Shown: positions 56,230-64,000 of the stretch, piece by piece
How the letters are laid out: each line of letters starts with the position of its first letter
Numbering within the stretch: position 1 is the stretch's first letter
Source of the DNA: a virus
Virus record (IMG/VR): IMGVR_UViG_3300022539_000610
Span: 50,032-114,031 of that record
Reading direction: 5' to 3' (one strand)
Length of the DNA: 64,000 nucleotides
The notes under the pieces: generated by a model
The model's input: the letters and a program-made list of their open reading frames with translations, nothing else
What the model was told of the DNA's origin: nothing
The model's database searches: none
Made by a program: the position numbers and the translations under genes

Positions 56230-56457
56230 TTAACTCTTAAAGTCATCAGCTTTTAGGCCTGATGTGAACTTGTCCAGGGCCTTCATGAAAGAATTGCTCT
56301 CCGGTGCATCAGAAAACGCAAGGCCACGAAGCAGCTGGATTGCCTTTCCCTGCTCTTCATTAGACCCACTCCAGGATGTGTCGATCAATTCCTTGATAAT
56401 TGCCATAGCATCGACTGCTTCTTTTACTAAACTTAAAATTTCATTTGCTTTGTTCAT
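56230..56457 (-). CDS. leader-tagged small protein
   Basis: MNKANEILSLVKE. Confidence 0.75.
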   Translation of the reverse strand: MNKANEILSLVKEAVDAMAIIKELIDTSWSGSNEEQGKAIQLLRGLAFSDAPESNSFMKALDKFTSGLKADDFKS

Positions 56458-56504
56458 AATATCCTCACACTATCTTAATAGTTTCTATACCTCATTGCCT
56501 ATGT

Positions 56505-56711
56505 CTACTTTGACAATTTAGATAGTTCTGATGCCATCTTCACAGCATCCTCCTTAGTAAGAAAATATAGTTCCGCAGAATTCATGGGTTTAATACCTAT
56601 GAAACCATCTTTAGTTTCTGCAATAGAGAACTTCGTAGGACCCTTCCTACTGTCCACATTAATCATAGTTACTTCACTAATCTTATTCAATACTTCTGTT
56701 GCTTTTGTCAT
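56505..56711 (-). CDS. leader-tagged small protein
   Basis: MTKATEVLNKISE. Confidence 0.75.
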   Translation of the reverse strand: MTKATEVLNKISEVTMINVDSRKGPTKFSIAETKDGFIGIKPMNSAELYFLTKEDAVKMASELSKLSK

Positions 56712-56896
56712 TGTAGTTTTACCCCCAAAACTCGATTGATTAAATCCTTAAAAGATTCCCAGTCCCCTTTGCCAATAACTATTTCCATCTCCTTAATCTG
56801 CTTAGGAGATGCCTGGCGATAGAACTTCACAAGCTCTACAAAACCAATGTTTCCTTTGTAGGCAAACTCACTTAAAATCTGCTCAGCTCTATTCAC
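56708..56896 (-). CDS. leader-tagged small protein
   Basis: MNRAEQILSE (GTG start). Confidence 0.7.
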   Translation of the reverse strand: MNRAEQILSEFAYKGNIGFVELVKFYRQASPKQIKEMEIVIGKGDWESFKDLINRVLGVKLQ

Positions 56897-56897
56897 T

Positions 56898-57218
56898 TTA
56901 CTTGAAAGGAACTCCCTTCTTTACCACATCAAGAATCGGGGTCCATGCCTTATAATCCTTTAAATCAAACGTTGCCTCTGGAGCAGTATGTATCACTTTA
57001 CCTGAATAAGTAAACGTGAGGTTTGCCCCTACCCGGTCTATCACCAGAGGTTTGTCTCCATACTGAAACACCATGTGGTTTGCATTGTTCTCAGTAGTGT
57101 CGATAGGATTAAATTCAAGCTCACGAGCACAATTACGCACCGCAGCGTCCACCAATGATAACTTTTGCATTTCTTGCAATCCTTCAATTTCCTTAATAAG
57201 TTTTGATGCTTTGCTCAT
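56898..57218 (-). CDS. leader-tagged protein
   Basis: MSKASKLIKEIEGLQE. Confidence 0.75.
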   Translation of the reverse strand: MSKASKLIKEIEGLQEMQKLSLVDAAVRNCARELEFNPIDTTENNANHMVFQYGDKPLVIDRVGANLTFTYSGKVIHTAPEATFDLKDYKAWTPILDVVKKGVPFK

Positions 57219-57256
57219 TTTCCTTTTCCTCCTCGATAGTAAGTCTATTTACCTTA

Positions 57257-57320
57257 TTTAAAACCTTGTTAGATTAGTAAAACACCCGCTAATTTCAATG
57301 ATCTCCTGTTAGGGTACCAT
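57257..57320 (+). repeat. dispersed intergenic element, copy 3
   Basis: TTTAAAACCTTGTTAGATTAGTAAAACACCCGCTAATTTCAATGATCTCCTGTTAGGGTA. Confidence 0.85.
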
Positions 57321-57326
57321 ATAAGC

Positions 57327-57488
57327 CTAAGCAGCTTCGTCCTCTTCTTCCCTTGTATTTGAAAGGTCTGTCCTGTTGAATTGGAGAACTTTAAAATTCC
57401 CACTTCTCTCCAACCACTTGATAAACTCAGATTGAATTACTTCATATTCTCCTTCCTCTAAAATCAGAATAGAAACAAGTCTTGACAT
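57327..57488 (-). CDS. small ORF with a weak leader-like start
   Basis: Manual translation MSRLVSILILEE... (53 aa). Confidence 0.45.
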   Translation of the reverse strand: MSRLVSILILEEGEYEVIQSEFIKWLERSGNFKVLQFNRTDLSNTREEEDEAA

Positions 57489-57492
57489 TCCA

Positions 57493-57705
57493 TCACCCCA
57501 TACTTAAAGACTGAACTACATCATACAAATCATCAAAAGAGATCTCTGTCCCTGCAGCATATTCTCTGGTCAAGTACTCTAAATCAACATTTGGTGAACC
57601 TCTATGCAAAGTAAGAATCTCCTGAGCTGCTAATTCAAGTTCAGCTGTGATTCTTGGTTTTCTTAATTCATCAAGAGTGTTAATTATTTCTTTTGCTTTA
57701 TTCAT
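57493..57705 (-). CDS. leader-tagged small protein
   Basis: MNKAKEIINTLDE. Confidence 0.75.
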   Translation of the reverse strand: MNKAKEIINTLDELRKPRITAELELAAQEILTLHRGSPNVDLEYLTREYAAGTEISFDDLYDVVQSLSMG

Positions 57706-58006
57706 TCTCATCTCCTTTGGTTAGCCTCCCCCGGAAGCTGTATTACTAACATCAGCCCCCTCTACCAATTTGTCGCTTTATTCTCTCCTGTTCTTCCTTA
57801 GTCATGTAGCGATGGGGGCGTTTAGCTCTCATCTCTCGCTTTAGTCGAGTTAATCTTTTGCTTCTGCCTAGAAGTTTTCTTGCCACCTCAACCTCTCCTC
57901 CTTCCCCACTCAGTGCTGGTAAAGACTTTACGTTGCTCCTCCCGCTTTAAATATCGAACATGTCCTCGAACCCGCCCCATCAGTTTTCCTACCCTACTAC
58001 ATCACA

Positions 58007-58270
58007 CTATTTCCAAGTTCGACGTCGCATAGACCTTGCTCTCTTTTGGATAGACCGAGCACGAGTTGCTTTCCTTTTCCTGGCACCCATGCGTTGGCCA
58101 AGTTTTCTCTTACGTTGTTCTTGTGGGGTGATCCTAACACATCTTCCCTTAGAAGCCTTGAAGCCAGGTCTGCATTGAAGCTTCCTGACAGTCTTCCCAC
58201 CCCGAACTACACGTTTGAACTTTTGTTCGCCGAGATCTTTTAATGATAATATAAGATCAGAAATTTTCAT
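58007..58270 (-). CDS. basic prohead core protein (gp68-like)
   Basis: KRVVRGGK..RKLQCRPGFK..KGRCVRI...RKRKLGQR..ARKRK...KRARSMRRR pattern of T4-like core proteins. Confidence 0.65.
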   Translation of the reverse strand: MKISDLILSLKDLGEQKFKRVVRGGKTVRKLQCRPGFKASKGRCVRITPQEQRKRKLGQRMGARKRKATRARSIQKRARSMRRRTWK

Positions 58271-58587
58271 CCTTCTTTCTCCACTGTCAGCTCGGTTCTT
58301 AACTTGTCTAACTCCACCTGACACTCATCCGCTAATCCAGCCAATCCCTCAGCACTTGCAGCGTCCTTACGTACCCGTGTGTCTGCTATGATGCGCTCAA
58401 TGTTTCTTATCTTTCTCTGCTTTTGGATGGTAAGCTCTTCTGCTGTGAACTCAGGATCAGGCTTGTTGGTTTCTACCTTCAGCCATTCCTGATATTTGCG
58501 CCAATCACGGTTGGTAGCGGTAGCAGGGATGAATGCCCCTCTTTCTGTGTCTTGAACGCCACTGCTTGTTAGTTTATATTTTGCCAT
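58267..58587 (-). CDS. fibre-associated chaperone-like protein
   Basis: GAFIPATATNRDWRKYQEWL; directly follows the fibre gene. Confidence 0.6.
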   Translation of the reverse strand: MAKYKLTSSGVQDTERGAFIPATATNRDWRKYQEWLKVETNKPDPEFTAEELTIQKQRKIRNIERIIADTRVRKDAASAEGLAGLADECQVELDKLRTELTVEKEG

Positions 58588-58595
58588 AATATCTC

Positions 58596-60017
58596 CTATA
58601 GTTCGGCATCGGCTGTATATTGAAACTTTAACGTTTTTGAGGTTTGGCCAGCCCCCCTTACCGCACTAACTGATACTCTACTTTCGCCTTCAGCAACAAG
58701 AGCGGGTACAATGCCATCTAATCCACAAACCTGTACTTTCCCTATTGCCTCTAACAAATCCCATGTAACAATTGTCGGTACAGCCCTCATTACTACAGGA
58801 TGAACAACATTCAATTGTACTGTCGAATCAGCATTAGCGAGGTCAGAACATGACCATTGACAGCGGCCGTTAACTACATTAGCTCCTGGAACTGTTCCTT
58901 GATCATAACTCTTACAAAAATATCTCTGGCACAAAGCTAATTCATCCGGAATCAACCTGTATTCAAACGGTGTGGTAACATTCCCAAGCTCAAACTGAAC
59001 TTGGGAGAGCCAAAAATTATTAGCTACATTATCGCAAGCATTAACTTGGTTAACAGTAGCACGCTTATTTCCAACCACCCAAGCATTAGCAACAGCATGA
59101 AAATTTGTGCCGGCAGCCAAAGACCACATCATCTGTACGCCCGTGCCATTAATATAATCCCAAGTACCTCCAGAATCAGAAAACGTGAGAGTAATTGTTT
59201 TTTTCTCCCATGTATTTGTCGTATTAACTGTATATTCGGCTACATAACTTCTATCGTTTCCACTATTTGTAAAACCAATGCAATAGATTCCGGTTTTCGT
59301 GGCTTTCACCCAAAAAGATAACGTTACAGTATTACCCATAAATGGTGCTAAATTATATCCTTCTATTTTCTGTCTAATAGAACAATGGTCCCCAGCTGCA
59401 ATAGCCGCATCTATGGTGGTACAATCTACTTTAAGGGAATAATTACTCTTATGCCCCGATTCAGCCTGAGTAGGGACATCATTATCACGAGATACCGTAT
59501 GAACCATAGCCCCTGTCTTATAATAGACAAATCTATCAACATTATAAGTAGCATTTGTTATAGCCGCAAAACTCGTCCCTCTCTGCCAGATGTTGAAATC
59601 GCCGTTGATAATGGCATTCTTACGCCTCAAATCTGCAAGGGCTATACTTGAGTCAAGAGCAACCCAATTCGTAGGATCATAAATTGCCGTGCCATGGATA
59701 GTCACCGCTCCAGTCCCATCCCAGTCAAATATCGTATATGGACCTGTTCGCAGCGTGCCGTTAACAGTAAAGTCAGGGTTGGAGGCTCCATCTTCAATAC
59801 TTACCCCACGCCTAATAATAAGCTCAGTGGTTGCAGCAGTTGTTATACTGGTATCAAAATCGTAGGTTCCAGGAAGAAGCTCAACAACCCCAGCACCCAC
59901 CAATTCATTTTCAGCCCAAGCAATAGAACCACTTTCAGCAACATCACCATGGTTAACTACTCCTGCTCCCTCTACTAAAATATGATTAGCTGCTAATCGT
60001 CTTACTTGTAATGCCAT
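58596..60017 (-). CDS. tail/head fibre protein with carbohydrate-binding-like domain
   Basis: KNAIINGDFNIWQRGTSF, VTLSFWVK, QVQFELG..TPFEYR, ELALCQRYF, ADAEL terminus. Confidence 0.85.
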   Translation of the reverse strand: MALQVRRLAANHILVEGAGVVNHGDVAESGSIAWAENELVGAGVVELLPGTYDFDTSITTAATTELIIRRGVSIEDGASNPDFTVNGTLRTGPYTIFDWDGTGAVTIHGTAIYDPTNWVALDSSIALADLRRKNAIINGDFNIWQRGTSFAAITNATYNVDRFVYYKTGAMVHTVSRDNDVPTQAESGHKSNYSLKVDCTTIDAAIAAGDHCSIRQKIEGYNLAPFMGNTVTLSFWVKATKTGIYCIGFTNSGNDRSYVAEYTVNTTNTWEKKTITLTFSDSGGTWDYINGTGVQMMWSLAAGTNFHAVANAWVVGNKRATVNQVNACDNVANNFWLSQVQFELGNVTTPFEYRLIPDELALCQRYFCKSYDQGTVPGANVVNGRCQWSCSDLANADSTVQLNVVHPVVMRAVPTIVTWDLLEAIGKVQVCGLDGIVPALVAEGESRVSVSAVRGAGQTSKTLKFQYTADAEL

Positions 60018-60019
60018 TT

Positions 60020-60328
60020 TTACTTTCCTCCACTAACATTAGTACTTTTTTCAACTTGTTCTTGAACCTTAAACAAATCATTAAAATCCAGAAATAAATT
60101 TAAAGATCCCTTATCTGCAAACATTTGATGCCGTTGACAACAGTTTACTTGAAGAGTGAAAGTTAAAGGTTCCACCACAACATCTTTGCCTATCGTGTTT
60201 GCTATGAAAGTTTGCCCACCATCCATGTTAACAATTAAGATGTCTCGGAATGCAGCACACTTATCCCCTAGACAAGGCCCTCCTGCATCTGGACAGAACT
60301 CAACTATTTTTGCATTAATGGGTATCAT
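60020..60328 (-). CDS. Cys-containing hypothetical protein
   Basis: FCP..PCLGDKCAAF. Confidence 0.55.
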   Translation of the reverse strand: MIPINAKIVEFCPDAGGPCLGDKCAAFRDILIVNMDGGQTFIANTIGKDVVVEPLTFTLQVNCCQRHQMFADKGSLNLFLDFNDLFKVQEQVEKSTNVSGGK

Positions 60329-60362
60329 TCGACCGCCTCCGGCACCTCAAGATCACGTCTAG

Positions 60363-60956
60363 TTAACTATGTGGGTGATACCAAAGTTTAACTTTTAATG
60401 TATCAGCAGAAGCATCATTGCTACTTGCAAGCTTTGCCTGAATTTGGGAATTAGCAGGGCAGTGAGCTGTTCTTACATCTAAACCTTCCACATCGTCCTT
60501 TTTATCTGTCCTACTAAACGAAACTCTCATGAGTTCTGTAGTTGCTACATAGAGTACTAATTCATATTCACCATTCGCACTGGGCGCAACTATGTGTACG
60601 TGATGAATGTGAAACTCTGATGAGATAGCATTCACAGCAACTATCTCAGCATAATTACCTAGTACCCAGTCATCTGCATGAGCAGTTACTAAAATAGAAT
60701 CAGCAAGAGTTGGCCATATCAACTGTTCGTGATGATCACCTTCCCAAAGATCATGCAAGTTAGAAAATATTGTATCCCCACCATGATCATCATTCCGATT
60801 ACCAAGCAATTGGTTTATCGTTGTATTTCCATCACCATTTGGCTCAGCAACCTGTAAAGCTGCAACAGCAGCTTGTGTTTCAATAAGTACTGTTTGTATC
60901 GCTGCCAGTATGTCAGTATCAGCCTCCTCTACAGGAGTTGGTATTATTTGTCTCAC
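60363..60956 (-). CDS. putative virion structural protein
   Basis: Acidic, beta-rich, in the fibre region. Confidence 0.5.
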   Translation of the reverse strand: MRQIIPTPVEEADTDILAAIQTVLIETQAAVAALQVAEPNGDGNTTINQLLGNRNDDHGGDTIFSNLHDLWEGDHHEQLIWPTLADSILVTAHADDWVLGNYAEIVAVNAISSEFHIHHVHIVAPSANGEYELVLYVATTELMRVSFSRTDKKDDVEGLDVRTAHCPANSQIQAKLASSNDASADTLKVKLWYHPHS

Positions 60957-61070
60957 GTTACATTCTCCCGATGATTAATTCTGATTGACAATACCAGAGC
61001 CACTTACAACTCGATCGTGCAATTTTATTCGTGCTATATGCACCGATGGGTACAGCAAATTCCACCTCCC

Positions 61071-61526
61071 CTATCCCACCTCGTCGTCACCGGGCGCCTC
61101 CAGATCGTTCCCGAGCCAGTCATGGGCCTTCTGCCATGCCGACAGCCTTGTCGGTTTTCCTGCTATTATCCACTCCTTCAGTTTTCCTTTGTGGGTTATC
61201 CTCGGTGGGCCTTCTTCTGGATATGCAGGATTATCAATTTCCCAGTTGGTGAAGACTATCTGACCCAATACTTGAGCACAGGTGGTATTCCCTGCCTTCG
61301 CCTTCTGAGCGATCTCCCTGTAGTCACGGCCAAGGTATTCCACTTTCTGAACCAGCCTGCTGGCCTTATCCATGTCCTGGATGATGACGTGAACGACGAT
61401 CTGATCATTGATGGTTGCTATGACCTGGGGATCTCGCACCCGCTCTCCGAGATTGGGGAAGCGCTCAAGGAATCCCTCGATCTCCTCCTCGGTCCAGATT
61501 GTCAGGAAGAAGGCTTGTTTGATCAT
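61071..61526 (-). CDS. hypothetical protein
   Basis: GGAGG then ATG MIKQAFF; GC-richer codons. Confidence 0.6.
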   Translation of the reverse strand: MIKQAFFLTIWTEEEIEGFLERFPNLGERVRDPQVIATINDQIVVHVIIQDMDKASRLVQKVEYLGRDYREIAQKAKAGNTTCAQVLGQIVFTNWEIDNPAYPEEGPPRITHKGKLKEWIIAGKPTRLSAWQKAHDWLGNDLEAPGDDEVG

Positions 61527-61732
61527 TTCTTCCTCCAGACAAAAATGTAGAGAAGAAGCATCAACCACAAACTGATTGCCAAACCGACAGCGTAAGGAAC
61601 TGGCGAACCATAATATTCAGGATCAATACCCGAAATCACACCAAAGACAATCCCGTAGACGAACATAAAGGAAAGATTCAGAAGAGCTAAAAGATGTATT
61701 ACTACTCCAGATATTAACCAGAATTTCTTCAT
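61523..61732 (-). CDS. small membrane protein (2 TM)
   Basis: Two hydrophobic stretches, basic C-terminus. Confidence 0.55.
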   Translation of the reverse strand: MKKFWLISGVVIHLLALLNLSFMFVYGIVFGVISGIDPEYYGSPVPYAVGLAISLWLMLLLYIFVWRKK

Positions 61733-61965
61733 ATTTTCTCCTTATATCTCTTCCAAGCGTCAATCATGAAATTGGCAAGCTCCTTTTTGTGCTTAGACGG
61801 CATTTCATTACTGCAAAAGATCTCTTCATCCCCATTACTAAGATCACTGTCAAAACCCCCACTGATATACAAATCAGGTGAGATTCCTATGACGCCATTG
61901 TAGGCACCTTCATACACAGTACCGTCACTCATGATAACTTTGAAACTTTCTTTTTCAATTTTCAT
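61729..61965 (-). CDS. hypothetical protein
   Basis: Tiled 78-aa ORF. Confidence 0.55.
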   Translation of the reverse strand: MKIEKESFKVIMSDGTVYEGAYNGVIGISPDLYISGGFDSDLSNGDEEIFCSNEMPSKHKKELANFMIDAWKRYKEKI

Positions 61966-62318
61966 TATGGACTACCTCCATCCCATGTAGGATAGCCAGC
62001 TTCTGATATCCTTTCAAATCCGCATTCTCTTTTCTCTTCAGCACACCTTTCCAAATTTCCAGCAACCTCCTGAGCATGTTCCTTGTCTTTCGGAATGAAA
62101 TGCCCAAATCCAACATCATCAAGTTTTGCAGTAAATTCCGGCCTGAAGTTCCTTAACCGACTTATCTGAACCCATTTCATCACAGTCCTCCCACCTTTGG
62201 ATAGACCACGAACCTGGAGGCTTTCCTTGCTACCAGGGATATCCAAAATGAGGACTTTGGCATCATCCCTAAAAACTTTGTCCCGGATTATATTAGCTTT
62301 GACTATCCATTTTTCCAT
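61965..62318 (-). CDS. hypothetical protein
   Basis: GAGG RBS, 117 aa. Confidence 0.6.
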   Translation of the reverse strand: MEKWIVKANIIRDKVFRDDAKVLILDIPGSKESLQVRGLSKGGRTVMKWVQISRLRNFRPEFTAKLDDVGFGHFIPKDKEHAQEVAGNLERCAEEKRECGFERISEAGYPTWDGGSP

Positions 62319-62498
62319 TTTAGAACCTCACAAACTTATTTCCCAATGTCAGCAACCACAAACAAAGAGCGCTGCCGAGTCCATATGCCATAGCTTCAGG
62401 ATCTGTTTCAGCCCTGACTCCCATAATTATGCCAATCACGAATAAGTAGCATAAACCGGCATTTACCACGGAGTAAACTATTTTCTTATGTATCTTCA

Positions 62499-63770
62499 TT
62501 ATGGTGATCCCATGGAATTTATTTCACTGTCTGAAGGAATTCTATCATACAACCTCAAATCCCTCAACCACATCGGGCCAAACAATCCAAAAGCAAGCCT
62601 CAGTGAAGTTCCGAGAGTATACGAGCCATCAAACGCTACTTCCGCACCCCAGACAATCCCCGCCCCGATGTCATATCCAACCCTCATTTTGCTGGTTGCT
62701 GACGACCACTTTACGACGAACTTGTACCAAGTATTGGCTGGCCAATTAAGCAGCGTTTTCTGAGCCTCATTGACTGCATCATCACTATATACCATTGCGT
62801 TAGTCCCATCATAGTAAGCAGTTAACAAAGAATTAATATTATTGCTTGTTGCTATAAGCCCACTTCCATGACCACCAACTGAATGACTAGTATATGGATA
62901 CCCAAACCTCACCCAAACGCTCGCAGTCCCCTCCGCATCGAACAACCCCAGGGGCAGATCGTAGAGAGGATACCCACTTTCCGTCGCCCTGCTTGCCGTT
63001 GCACCGGAGGTGGGGACATAAGAGGTCGGCACGGGGAATTCTTCTACTTGTGCGCCCCAAGCGTAGATACCGGAAGTGGAGTCGCCGTCTATTACTCTGT
63101 CTCCATCACCCTCTGCAAGATAGATTCCAAATGCAGGATTATTTGCACCAATACCAATATCGTGCGTTATCCAAAATCTCCAAAACCCATTGGCAGCTTC
63201 CTCACTTCCATAATTATCGACACCTTCTCCACCAACTGCACCTGTTGAAAGGTTGAAGTATGCTGCCACTGTTGCTGCCGCTTTAGTTGAAAGCTCCAAC
63301 TGCACCCATGTCAATTCTCCTAGTTTGAGATAAACCGAAAATGTAACACTTGCGTTATCTGTGAATGTCGCCTGAGCTATAGTGCTGTAAACAATGTGGG
63401 TAGATGCACCCGTACCATCCAGAACAATCTTATCAGCGGTAACATTTCCATCTGGTGCAGTTGTAACATTGCTAGTAACTGTGCATCTTACATCAGTCCA
63501 CCACCCCCCACTGGCAACATTTCCAAGTTCGTGGCTATATTGGATGAGGTTGGTTCCGGCGGGTTCGTCGAGGATCGCCAGATGTCCACCCTGGCGCTCA
63601 AAACGAGGAATGTTGTTGCCAACAGTTGTTATGAGCTCTGTGGTTGGATTAGTGTAAAGCCCGTTGGAGTTGCGGACATGCGTTCCCAGCAACCCTCCAA
63701 GATCCGAGTCGATGCTCTGCCCCAGGTCCCACCAGTACTTCGGCCTTCTGCCTGCTACACCCAATAACAT
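62499..63770 (-). CDS. head spike/fibre-like protein with LamG/ConA-like domain
   Basis: PRFE...ILDEPAGTNLIQYS, WGAQVEE..PTSYVPTSGATASRA, NTWYKF, LRLYDR..SDSEI. Confidence 0.8.
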   Translation of the reverse strand: MLLGVAGRRPKYWWDLGQSIDSDLGGLLGTHVRNSNGLYTNPTTELITTVGNNIPRFERQGGHLAILDEPAGTNLIQYSHELGNVASGGWWTDVRCTVTSNVTTAPDGNVTADKIVLDGTGASTHIVYSTIAQATFTDNASVTFSVYLKLGELTWVQLELSTKAAATVAAYFNLSTGAVGGEGVDNYGSEEAANGFWRFWITHDIGIGANNPAFGIYLAEGDGDRVIDGDSTSGIYAWGAQVEEFPVPTSYVPTSGATASRATESGYPLYDLPLGLFDAEGTASVWVRFGYPYTSHSVGGHGSGLIATSNNINSLLTAYYDGTNAMVYSDDAVNEAQKTLLNWPANTWYKFVVKWSSATSKMRVGYDIGAGIVWGAEVAFDGSYTLGTSLRLAFGLFGPMWLRDLRLYDRIPSDSEINSMGSP

Positions 63771-64000
63771 CAGTTACTCACCATTCTTGTAAATTCAATC
63801 TCAACCCACGCCACACCAATCTTCTGCTCATAGGTGTCAGCAGCCTGGTTCCTGATAAGCTGTGTCATCACATCTCTACTTGCAGCGAGATCAGTGATTG
63901 TGACATCTCCACTCCATCCAGTTTCCCAATAGTCATACTGTACATATGTTGCATCCGCTGTGAACGTGGCTGCAACTGCCACTCCCATCGCTGTGTTCAA
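63770..64000 (-). CDS. C-terminal fragment of a virion structural protein
   Basis: Frame open from the window edge, beta-rich. Confidence 0.5.
   Translation of the reverse strand: MNTAMGVAVAATFTADATYVQYDYWETGWSGDVTITDLAASRDVMTQLIRNQAADTYEQKIGVAWVEIEFTRMVSN

Noticed and set aside
22112-57705. Shared leader as a Sec or Tat signal peptide
   Set aside because: It lacks a hydrophobic h-region, a twin-Arg motif and an AxA site; it is short, amphipathic and usually ends in Glu.
829-63767. All plus-strand ORFs in the track (e.g. 24873-25532, 28966-29487, 40417-40779, 61017-61550)
   Set aside because: They lie antisense to well-supported minus-strand genes and have no recognisable motifs; they are shadows of codon bias or repeats.
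1-64000. tRNA or rRNA genes, integrase or IS elements, host assignment
   Set aside because: None recognised by eye. Strong GGAGG RBSs alone do not identify the host.

Overview
A 64 kb segment of a large contractile-tailed dsDNA phage with T4-like head genes. Essentially every real gene is on the minus strand. In transcription order (right to left) it holds: fibre/spike genes, dense arrays of small ORFs, an AAA ATPase, large terminase, portal, a DNA MTase plus an Asn-synthase-like gene, a gp21-like protease fused to a scaffold, the major capsid protein (MCP), neck genes, sheath, tube, tail chaperone, tape measure, baseplate and a ~14 kb glycan-modification cluster. Main observations: (1) About 28 otherwise unrelated proteins share an N-terminal leader M-[ST]-[RK]-A-x-x-[ILVM]-[LI], usually followed by [LIV]-x-E. 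The same motif sits at the C-terminus of the scaffold and of the AAA ATPase. I infer a protease-cleavable capsid-targeting tag for packaged cargo that includes ADP-ribosyltransferase-like, GNAT and zinc-finger proteins. (2) The MCP gene is split by two group I introns with exactly definable splice sites. One intron encodes a chimeric endonuclease. (3) A hidden +1-frame ORF behind a T6C run suggests a tail-chaperone frameshift. (4) A ~55-65 bp non-coding element occurs three times. All family assignments come from motif recognition by eye, without database searches.
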